Below are positions 1 to 8,251 of a DNA stretch of 64,000 bases, piece after piece. Both the position numbers and the translations under genes were made by a program. Every line of letters starts with the position of its first letter. Position 1 is the first letter of the stretch. Under the pieces are notes generated by a model that saw only the letters and a list, made by a program, of their open reading frames with translations, did no database searches and was not told the DNA's origin. The stretch is from Anaerohalosphaeraceae bacterium (GTDB lineage Bacteria; Planctomycetota; Phycisphaerae; Sedimentisphaerales; Anaerohalosphaeraceae), in NCBI GenBank assembly GCA_963675525.2, contig CAXXSL010000016.1, positions 896,001 to 960,000 of the forward strand. The letters run 5' to 3'.

Positions 1-2
1 CC

Positions 3-1289
3 ATTGATGACTCACCGGCTCCGCATTTGCTCTATGATGATTTGGATCGCCATCAACCGTTGCGGCGGTCTCAGTGCCGTGCGGTGATGCGGACGCTTCT
101 AATCAAAAAATACAGCCATCTGGTTTCATCGGAATATATTGAGCGGGTTGCCGAGTCGGTGACCGACGATCCGGTCAGGATTCGCGAGCCTAAATATCTC
201 AAGTCGGAAGTTCAGGAGGCGCCCCAGCGCTATCGCGATCGGTTGGAAAAAGCTTTTGTGATGGTCTGTGGGACGGCTCATGAAGTCCACCATGTTCAAG
301 AGCGGGGATATGTTGAACGCCCGGCCCGTGTTAAGGCCATTCAGGCGGCACTTCAGAAGAGCGCTTTCTTTGAGTCACAGGGGCCTAAACATTTTGGCCA
401 GGAACATGTTCTTGCCGTTCACGATGCAGATTTCGTCCGCTATCTGAAAGCCGTCTGTCTGAAATTGCACAGCAAACGGCCGGTCTATCCGTATGTGTTT
501 CCGATCCGACATCCGGAACGGCGACCCCATGATTTGGCGGTGCGCGCCGGTTACTATTGCATCGACACATTTACGCCGCTGGACCATAATGCCTATGATG
601 CCGCCAGGAGTGCCGTCGATGTCGCTTTAACAGCGGCGGAATACGTACTTAAAGGGCGAGGCCTGGCATACGCCCTGTGCAGGCCGCCCGGTCATCATGC
701 CGAGCGAAAATCGTTTGGCGGTTTTTGTTATTTTAATAATACAGCGATTGCCGCACAGTATTTATCCCGGCATGGAAAAGTAGCAACGCTGGATATCGAC
801 TTTCATCACGGCAACGGCACACAGGATATTTTTTATAGCCGCAACGATGTGTCGACCTTTTCAATCCACGGCCATCCTAATTTTGCTTACCCCTATTTTT
901 CAGGGTTTGCCGATGAAGTCGGTCATGGTGCCGGGCAGGGCTTTAATCATAATTATTGCCTGCAGGAAAACGCCGGAGCAGAAACCTATCTGGCGACACT
1001 TGAAAAAGCATTAAAACAGATTCGCAAATATGCCCCGTTATTTTTTGTGGTGAGTTTGGGATTTGACACGATGAAAGGTGACCCGACCGGTTCGTTTGCG
1101 TTGAAACCGGAGACGATGAAAAAAATCGGCACGGCACTGGCCTCGATGAATCTGCCGACGCTGGTGGTGCAGGAGGGCGGGTATAGTCTGCAAAATCTCA
1201 AGACAGGTTCCGTCGCTCTGTTTAACGGGTTTGCAGATGTGACGCGTCAACAGGTAAAGAACTCTTTGAATCAGGAACAAAAAAAATGA
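3..1289 (+). CDS. Histone deacetylase-family / acetylpolyamine amidohydrolase-like protein (5'-partial)
   Basis: Motifs RPPGHHA, GGFCYFNN, DIDFHHGNGTQ, GFDT..GDP, QEGGY; frame stays open to the window edge. Confidence 0.9.
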   Translation: MDDSPAPHLLYDDLDRHQPLRRSQCRAVMRTLLIKKYSHLVSSEYIERVAESVTDDPVRIREPKYLKSEVQEAPQRYRDRLEKAFVMVCGTAHEVHHVQERGYVERPARVKAIQAALQKSAFFESQGPKHFGQEHVLAVHDADFVRYLKAVCLKLHSKRPVYPYVFPIRHPERRPHDLAVRAGYYCIDTFTPLDHNAYDAARSAVDVALTAAEYVLKGRGLAYALCRPPGHHAERKSFGGFCYFNNTAIAAQYLSRHGKVATLDIDFHHGNGTQDIFYSRNDVSTFSIHGHPNFAYPYFSGFADEVGHGAGQGFNHNYCLQENAGAETYLATLEKALKQIRKYAPLFFVVSLGFDTMKGDPTGSFALKPETMKKIGTALASMNLPTLVVQEGGYSLQNLKTGSVALFNGFADVTRQQVKNSLNQEQKK

Positions 1290-2302
1290 AACCATTGGTG
1301 GGTTTAGTGTACGACCTGCGGAGCGAGTATTTGGCGCAGGGGTATTCGGAAGAGGACGTCGCGGAGTTTGACTCCGATGCGACCATCCAGCTTTTGCAGG
1401 AAGCGATTGAACAGTGCGGCTATCGGACAGAGCGAATCGGTCACGGCAAGGCGCTGAGTTTGAAACTGGCGGCGGGGCATCGCTGGGACATGGTGTTTAA
1501 TATCGCCGAGGGGATCGGGGGACGCTGCCGGGAATCGTATGTGCCGGCCCTGTTGGAGATGTACGGGATTCCTTACACCTTTTCGGACCCGCTGATCTGT
1601 GCGCTGACACTGGATAAGGCGATGGCCAAACAATGGGTTGCCCAGCAAGGGCTGGCGACACCGGCGTTTGCGGTGGTTGAAACGATTGATGATATCGATG
1701 GGGTTGCGCTGACGTATCCGCTGTTTGCCAAGCCGCTGGCCGAGGGAACCGGAAAGGGTGTTGACCAGAATTCAAAAATTGAAAATGTGACGAAACTCAA
1801 AGCTGTCTGTGCGGAACTGTTGAGCCGTTACAGTCAGCCGGTCCTGGTGGAAGAGTTTTTGCCGGGGCGTGAATTTACGGTCGGCATTCTCGGAACGGGC
1901 CGGGAAGCATCCGTGCTGGGGACGATGGAAATCGAGTTGGTCTCTAAAGGTGAACCGGCGATTTACTCGTATCTGAACAAGGAAGAGTGTGAGTCACGTA
2001 TTCACTATCATCCCCTGCAGGATGCCCCCGCGCTCAAAGAAAAAGTCGAACAGCTTGCTTTGCGTTGTTATCAGGTATTGCAGTGTCGCGATGCCGGGCG
2101 TGTGGATGTCCGTTGCGATAATAAGGGCGAGCCTTGTTTTATCGAGGTTAATCCGCTGGCGGGGTTGCATCCGGTCCATTCGGATTTGCCGATGATTGCC
2201 ACGCAGGAAGGGATGAGCTACGAGACGCTGATTGAAACGATTCTTCAAAACGCCTTTAAACGTGCCGGTGCCGGGAGCCAAAAGACATGGAAAACATTCT
2301 GA
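1286..2302 (+). CDS. D-Ala-D-Ala ligase-like ATP-grasp protein
   Basis: FNIAEG, LDKAMAK, KP..EGTGKG, EEFLPGREFTV, GRVDVR, EVNPLAG; ATGA overlap with upstream gene. Confidence 0.88.
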   Translation: MKPLVGLVYDLRSEYLAQGYSEEDVAEFDSDATIQLLQEAIEQCGYRTERIGHGKALSLKLAAGHRWDMVFNIAEGIGGRCRESYVPALLEMYGIPYTFSDPLICALTLDKAMAKQWVAQQGLATPAFAVVETIDDIDGVALTYPLFAKPLAEGTGKGVDQNSKIENVTKLKAVCAELLSRYSQPVLVEEFLPGREFTVGILGTGREASVLGTMEIELVSKGEPAIYSYLNKEECESRIHYHPLQDAPALKEKVEQLALRCYQVLQCRDAGRVDVRCDNKGEPCFIEVNPLAGLHPVHSDLPMIATQEGMSYETLIETILQNAFKRAGAGSQKTWKTF

Positions 2303-3339
2303 TTTTACATAATACGTTTGGCCCATTGAACGACCCGCTGTACGAAAGCCGCGCCGGAGTGATGGACCAGGTTCACGCGGTTGCTCAGTCGCTGGATGTG
2401 CTGGGTATCGGCAATGAGGTGCTGGCGATTGAAAATCTGCGTCATCTGACACAGATACTGGGCTCAAGAAAAGAAAATCTCATTTTTAATCTTGCCGAGG
2501 AGTTTTTGTGCTCCATTGAACAGGCCTGTTATGTTCCGGCTGTTTGCCGGGCGTTCGGCAAACGATGCACCGGCAACGACACACCCGCGCTGCTTCTGTC
2601 TCAGAATAAGATTTACGCCAAGGCTGTGCTGCGGGATGCGGGCTTGCCGTGTCCGGACGGTGTGGTTGTTTATCCGCAACAGAAAGCTGACTGGGAGAAC
2701 CTTTCCGGCGGCCGGTATATTTTAAAGCCGGCGTTTTGTGATGCCAGTGAAGGTATCACGGCCGAATCGGTGCTTTCATTGCCGGAAGAACGGGAAAAAG
2801 CCGATGTTTTGATTGAAACACTACATCGGCAATTTGCCCAGCCGGTCATTGTTGAACGGTTTATCCCCGCGAGGGAACTGAATGTCTCGGTGATTGAGCG
2901 AAATGGAAAAATCAAAGTGTTGCCGCTGGCGGAAATTGACTTCAGCGCCTTTTCCCGGACACAGACGAAAATCGTGGATTATGATGCCAAGTGGCAGAAG
3001 GATTCATTCGGCTATAACAATACGCCCCGCAAAATTCCGGCGGATTTGCCGGAGGATGTTTCGGCTAAAGTACGATCATTGGCGGCGGTGGCGTTTAAGG
3101 CCGTGGGCTGTCGGGATTATGCCCGTGTGGATTTCCGGCTGGATGAAGAGTTGGCTCCGTTTATTCTCGAAGTCAATCCCAATCCGGATATTTCGTTGGA
3201 TGCGGGATTTGCTGCGGCTGTGCAGGCGGCGGATATCCCATACGAGAGGTTTGTCTGGACGGTATTAACCAATGCACAGGACCGGCTGATGGGCTCCGGC
3301 ACAGCCAACCCGACCAACAAAAAGGAAACACGATGCTGA
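2287..3339 (+). CDS. Second D-Ala-D-Ala ligase-like ATP-grasp protein
   Basis: KP..CDASEGI, ERFIPARELNV, YDAKW, DYARVDFR, EVNPNPD. Confidence 0.88.
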   Translation: MENILILHNTFGPLNDPLYESRAGVMDQVHAVAQSLDVLGIGNEVLAIENLRHLTQILGSRKENLIFNLAEEFLCSIEQACYVPAVCRAFGKRCTGNDTPALLLSQNKIYAKAVLRDAGLPCPDGVVVYPQQKADWENLSGGRYILKPAFCDASEGITAESVLSLPEEREKADVLIETLHRQFAQPVIVERFIPARELNVSVIERNGKIKVLPLAEIDFSAFSRTQTKIVDYDAKWQKDSFGYNNTPRKIPADLPEDVSAKVRSLAAVAFKAVGCRDYARVDFRLDEELAPFILEVNPNPDISLDAGFAAAVQAADIPYERFVWTVLTNAQDRLMGSGTANPTNKKETRC

Positions 3340-3836
3340 AGACACCCGATGATGTTCACATTCGAAAAGCACAGGTTGCCGACCATCCCGTGGTGATCGA
3401 TATTGTTAAAGCGACAAATTTTTTCCGTCCCGTGGAAATCGAGATTGCCTGGGAGGTGTTTGATGAAGCGGCGATGCACAAGCCCGACAGCAATTATCAG
3501 TCCTATGTCGCCGAGGTTGACGGCCAGGTGACCGGTTGGGTTTGTTTCGGGGCGACGCCCTGTACGCTGGGAACATTTGATGTGTACTGGATTGCGGTTG
3601 ACCCGGCCCGGCAGCGGCTCCATATCGGTTCGAAGCTGCTGGACTTTGCCGAAACCAATATCCGCAAACAAAAAGGGCGGATGATCGTTATCGAAACCAG
3701 CGGTTCGGAAAAATACCTGCCCACACGAACTTTTTACGAACGCAACGGCTACACCCTCGCCGCCAATGTTAAAGAATTCTACGCGCCGGGCGATGACAAG
3801 TGGATATTTCTCAAAAAGCTACTTTATAAAGATTGA
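3333..3836 (+). CDS. GNAT N-acetyltransferase
   Basis: WIAVDPARQRLHIGSKLL acetyl-CoA motif, FYERNGY. Confidence 0.88.
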   Translation: MLKTPDDVHIRKAQVADHPVVIDIVKATNFFRPVEIEIAWEVFDEAAMHKPDSNYQSYVAEVDGQVTGWVCFGATPCTLGTFDVYWIAVDPARQRLHIGSKLLDFAETNIRKQKGRMIVIETSGSEKYLPTRTFYERNGYTLAANVKEFYAPGDDKWIFLKKLLYKD

Positions 3837-4243
3837 CTTGTTCCTGCTTAGGGTTTACCGAAGTTTTTGCGCAAGGATTGACAATCCCGGCATGGATATC
3901 CCAGTGGGTGTCGAGCGTTAATTTCTTTTGGGAATGGAACCCCTGCCGGAAAAGTATTTCACTTTACAGCCGTATCATAGAGCCGTCAGTTGTTTTCTGC
4001 CATCTTCCCCAACAAAAACACCCGCATGGTCTGTCATGAACAGATCCGCCAAAGCCTTCTTTAAGTTGAGGTAAATAGCCTCCGGAAATGTCCTCAATTG
4101 CTAATAAACCGGGGAATTTAAAGATGTTGCCGCCCCAAAATAGTGTAATAGCAGATAAAATAGTGTATATTTTTACGAACTTTAGTATAATATTCGGCTT
4201 AAAATAATGTTTCTTTAACAACTATGAGGTATGAAAGCCGGAG

Positions 4244-5584
4244 ATGTTATTATTTCCGGATAAAATAAATATGGAAGATTGTGAAAAAAAATTAAGCCGC
4301 CGCGACCAGCGGGAAGAGGATATCTATCGGATATCGACGATGGTGGCGGGCAATTTTGAGATTCGGGAAGTCTTGGATCGCCTCGCTGAAGCGGCCGTCA
4401 AGGCCACCGGTACGACCGCCTGTTCGATAAGGCTGCTGGATCCGGATATCGGTAAGTTGACGATGCGCAGTACCTACGGCCTCAGCGAGGCGTATCGCAA
4501 CAAAGGTCCCGTGACCAAAGAAGACCCCGTTATTAAACAGGCCTTTGAGGGAGATGCTGTGGTTATCGACGATATGCGCGTTGACAGCCGGATTGTCTAT
4601 CCGGAAGCAACCATGGCTGAAGGGCTTGTCAGCCAGTTGACCGTGGCGATGAAGTTCAAAGACAGACCCATCGGCGTATTGCGTCTGTACAGCCCTGAGC
4701 CGGCGCGGTTTGACAAAAACACGATTCGCATCGCCCGGATGGTCGCCAGTCAGTGCGCCGTTGCAATTACCAACGCCCGGCTTTTCAGCAAGGCGATCGA
4801 AGGGGCCCGCATGGCCGAACAGCTTCGCCTCGGAGCGGTTATCCAGCGGCGGATGATTCCCGAAAAAGCCCCGTGTATGCGAGGGCTGGATGTGGCAGCG
4901 ATCTACAGTCCGTGTTACCAGATCGGCGGCGACCTGTATGATTTTCTGCAGATTGACGATCATACCCTCGTGACCGGCATCGCTGATGTCATTGGCAAAG
5001 GCATCCCCGCGGCGATCATGATGAGTATGTTTCGCGGCACATTGCGGGCCTATACCGACGGCGGGTACGGACGGCACGGCATGGATGAGATTATCCATAA
5101 ACTCAATGGGGTTGCCTGTAAAGAATGCCGGGATGGTGAATTCATTACGTTCTTTTTAGCACGGATCGATACCGAAAATAATCAACTGACCTATTGCAAT
5201 TGCGGCCATGAGCCGGGTCTTTTGATTCGCGGCGATCAGATCGTGGAACTGGAAGAGGGCGGTTTGGTACTCGGCGTCATGCCGGAGACGGACTACCAGA
5301 TCAGAACCATTGAGTTTAAACAGGGTGATGCTCTGTTGCTTTATACCGATGGCCTGATCGATGCGATGAATTTCGACGATAAGATATGGGGCAAGGATTG
5401 TTTAGTGGAAGTGCTGAAGAATCATCCCGGTTATACGGCCCAGCAATTGGTCCATACCACTCTGCGCTATCGCCGGCGTCATGTCGGGCTGGCCAATCAA
5501 ACCGATGACACCAGCATGGTGGCGATCCGCCGGGACGACAATGCCAATATTCATAACGAAGACTGCGACTGTACGGATAAATGA
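4244..5584 (+). CDS. GAF domain + SpoIIE/PP2C (RsbU-like) phosphatase
   Basis: N-terminal GAF; GGDLYD, DVIGKG, NCGHEP, YTDGL, DDTS motifs; start may be 4271. Confidence 0.9.
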   Translation: MLLFPDKINMEDCEKKLSRRDQREEDIYRISTMVAGNFEIREVLDRLAEAAVKATGTTACSIRLLDPDIGKLTMRSTYGLSEAYRNKGPVTKEDPVIKQAFEGDAVVIDDMRVDSRIVYPEATMAEGLVSQLTVAMKFKDRPIGVLRLYSPEPARFDKNTIRIARMVASQCAVAITNARLFSKAIEGARMAEQLRLGAVIQRRMIPEKAPCMRGLDVAAIYSPCYQIGGDLYDFLQIDDHTLVTGIADVIGKGIPAAIMMSMFRGTLRAYTDGGYGRHGMDEIIHKLNGVACKECRDGEFITFFLARIDTENNQLTYCNCGHEPGLLIRGDQIVELEEGGLVLGVMPETDYQIRTIEFKQGDALLLYTDGLIDAMNFDDKIWGKDCLVEVLKNHPGYTAQQLVHTTLRYRRRHVGLANQTDDTSMVAIRRDDNANIHNEDCDCTDK

Positions 5585-6255
5585 GCCGATCGATCATTAC
5601 CATTGACGGGCCGGCGGGGGTCGGCAAGAGTACTGTGGCGCGGATGCTGGCGCAGCGGGTCGGTGCCGTGTTTCTGGATACCGGTGCAACCTATCGGGCC
5701 CTGACACTGGCGGCGATGCGGGCCGGTGCTGACCTGAAGGATACCCGGGCCATTCTGGACGTAATGGCAGAGACAACATTTGAATATTTTCATCAGAGCG
5801 ATGTTTTAAAAGTCGTGATCAACAGTCAGGATGCGACGCGGCAGATACGCGAACCGGATGTCACGGAAAATGTCAAACACGTCGCCTCCCAGCCCGAACT
5901 GCGGGCCGAGATGGTTCGCTTGCAAAAGGCGTTTGCGGGACAATTTGAAAAAGTCGTCACCGAAGGGCGCGACCAGGGAACGGTTGTGTTCCCGAATGCA
6001 GCATTCAAATTTTTCCTGATCGCAGATCCCAACGAACGTGCCCGCAGGCGGCATGACGAACTAAAGGCTGCAGGCAAAGAGGTTGACCTTGAAACACTTA
6101 CTCGGCAGATTGTCGAACGGGATGCCTCGGACGAAAACCGTCCGGTCAGTCCGCTGAAACCGGCTGACGACGCGATCATTATTGATACGACAAACCTTGA
6201 CGCCGAAGGCGTTGTCACTAAAATGTTGGAGGTTATCGAAAGGCAGCATGATTGA
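5581..6255 (+). CDS. cmk: Cytidylate kinase
   Basis: IDGPAGVGKST, DTGATYR, EGRDQGTVVFP. Confidence 0.95.
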   Translation: MSRSIITIDGPAGVGKSTVARMLAQRVGAVFLDTGATYRALTLAAMRAGADLKDTRAILDVMAETTFEYFHQSDVLKVVINSQDATRQIREPDVTENVKHVASQPELRAEMVRLQKAFAGQFEKVVTEGRDQGTVVFPNAAFKFFLIADPNERARRRHDELKAAGKEVDLETLTRQIVERDASDENRPVSPLKPADDAIIIDTTNLDAEGVVTKMLEVIERQHD

Positions 6256-6931
6256 AGCAAAAAACAAGGATGGAATTTGCCGCCGCATCTGGCATGAAAT
6301 CGCCCGCTTTCTCTCCGTCGGTATGATATGGCTGCTGTATCGTGTCAAAGTTTACGGCAAGAAAAATGTTCCTCGCCACGGCGGGGTGCTGGTGCTCAGC
6401 AGTCACCAGAGTTTTTTCGATCCCATGATATGTCAGGGCTGGTTGCGCCGACCGTTCTATTATGTCCCGCGCGATACGCTGTTTGTCGGGTTTTTGGGCT
6501 GGCTGATCGATTCGTATTATACCATTCCCATCAACCAGGAACAGGCCAGTTTAAAATCCATGCGGGCCATCATTGACGTCCTCAAACGGGGGCATATCGT
6601 TTGCCTATACCCGGAAGGGTCGCGCACCTTTGACGGCAAAATCGACGAGATCAAACCGGGATTCAGCCTGCTGGTCCGCCGCAGCAAAGCGACCATTGTG
6701 CCGATGGTCATCGACGGTATTTTCGAGCGTTGGCCTCGCACCCAGAAATATCCCAAATTCGGCGGCCGCATTGGCATCATGTATGGCAAACCGATTTCCC
6801 CCGAGCACGTCGAACAGGCCGGCGAACAGTTTATTGGCGAATTCAACACCATCATGCAAACTCTCCACAATGACCTCCGCCAGAAAATGGGAAAAGAACC
6901 GCTGGATTATGGTACGAAACCGTTGAAGTAG
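6248..6931 (+). CDS. plsC: 1-acyl-sn-glycerol-3-phosphate acyltransferase
   Basis: HQSFFD (HX4D) and YPEGSRT motifs; follows cmk; ATG at 6248. Confidence 0.85.
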   Translation: MIEAKNKDGICRRIWHEIARFLSVGMIWLLYRVKVYGKKNVPRHGGVLVLSSHQSFFDPMICQGWLRRPFYYVPRDTLFVGFLGWLIDSYYTIPINQEQASLKSMRAIIDVLKRGHIVCLYPEGSRTFDGKIDEIKPGFSLLVRRSKATIVPMVIDGIFERWPRTQKYPKFGGRIGIMYGKPISPEHVEQAGEQFIGEFNTIMQTLHNDLRQKMGKEPLDYGTKPLK

Positions 6932-6989
6932 CTGAGGCAGATGGATTTTGGCCGGATCCGTTATTGCATGGAAAGGACAGGCAGACAGA

Positions 6990-7391
6990 ATGGATAAGGT
7001 AAAGGAGTTATTAAGCAGGGACTGCTATGCCAAGCATTGCGGGATCGAGTTAGTAGAGATTTCCGCAGGTACGGCAAAAGTGGTCATGACCATACAAAAA
7101 GAACACCTCAACGGCGTGGGGACGGTTCACGGCGGGGCGATTTTCACGTTGGCGGATTTTGCGTTTGCCGCCGCGTCGAATTCACACGGCACGATCGCTG
7201 TGGCCATCAACGCCAATATTTCATTTGTTAAAGCCGCCGTCAACGGCACGCTGACCGCCGAAGCGGAGGAAACGTCTATCAATCCCAAACTGGCAACCTA
7301 CGAAGTTCGTGTCACCGACGACAGCGGCGATCTGGTTGCCTCGTTTCAGGGTATGGTCTACCGGAAAAAGGCGGCTCCGTCAAATTCGTAA
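6990..7391 (+). CDS. PaaI-family hotdog thioesterase
   Basis: HLNGVGTVHGGAIFTLAD. Confidence 0.9.
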   Translation: MDKVKELLSRDCYAKHCGIELVEISAGTAKVVMTIQKEHLNGVGTVHGGAIFTLADFAFAAASNSHGTIAVAINANISFVKAAVNGTLTAEAEETSINPKLATYEVRVTDDSGDLVASFQGMVYRKKAAPSNS

Positions 7392-7404
7392 TAAACGATA
7401 TCGG

Positions 7405-7820
7405 ATTGGGTTTGCCCCGGATCGAGGTCCGGGATGACATTTTTTGGGTTCGATTGGGTTCGCGTGGCGCTATTAAAAACTGCGGTGTTGCTTCCGTTGG
7501 TGGGTTTGGATGCAGTCTATGGCATTTGCGTCGAGGGGGTACTTGGGGCTTAAATTGGGTTCGTTTTTATTGGGGGTTGGCGGGGTAAAAAGGCAGTCCA
7601 TCGTCTATAGTCCTTAGTCTATAGATAAAAATCGTGGATTTTGGGCTGAAAACGGGGTGCGCGAGTAGGGGGTACTTGGGGCCGAAATTGGCTTTGGTAT
7701 TGGGTTTGGTTTGGGTTCGAATTACAGGCAGAAGTCAGGAGATAGAAGATAGAAGTCAGAATAAGATAATGACTTACGGTCATTTTGCTGCGGAGGAAAA
7801 TGGGTTCGTTTTGTAAAAAA
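7405..7820. repeat. Low-complexity intergenic repeat tract
   Basis: Several TTGGGTTYG motifs, a 16-bp direct repeat AGGGGGTACTTGGGGC at 7534-7549 and 7667-7682, and a heptamer run (CAGAAGT/TAGAAGA) near 7729-7762. Confidence 0.6.
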
Positions 7821-8150
7821 GCATTGTTTTAAAATACTAACTTCCCTTTGAATTGACACTTTGGGCGGGATTATCGTGTCGCTGCCGCTCCACGCTTTTG
7901 TTCGATTCTTCAGTCAATTTTCAAATAACACTTCAATTTTCCTGCCGCCGCCAAGGCTATGGCACGGCAAGGCGTATTATACCATAAGTTAGATGAATGT
8001 CTAACAAAATTTAATTTTAAGTTCTTAATTTTTGGTTTTGAATTGAGGAAGCCCTTCGGGCGGGTATTTAAACAGATCCCTCGGCTGCGCTCGGGATGAC
8101 CTGTGGTCAATTTCCGGGTTTTGGGTTGTTTTTTGGTGGTGGGATTTTGG

Positions 8151-8178
8151 TTGACAAAAGGGATGTTTTTGGTAGAAT
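8151..8178 (+). promoter_or_regulatory. Sigma70-like promoter
   Basis: TTGACA-N16-TAGAAT with a TG extension, upstream of RBS GGAGG (8241) and ATG 8252. Confidence 0.6.
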
Positions 8179-8251
8179 AGTAGGTATTATGCATCTGGCG
8201 TGTGTGCAGCGATCGGAGGAAACAGGCTTTTTTTGTGACAGGAGGATAACA

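Noticed and set aside
1286..3339. Calling the ATP-grasp genes ddl
   Set aside because: They lack the N-terminal GG.S.E motif and mur-cluster context
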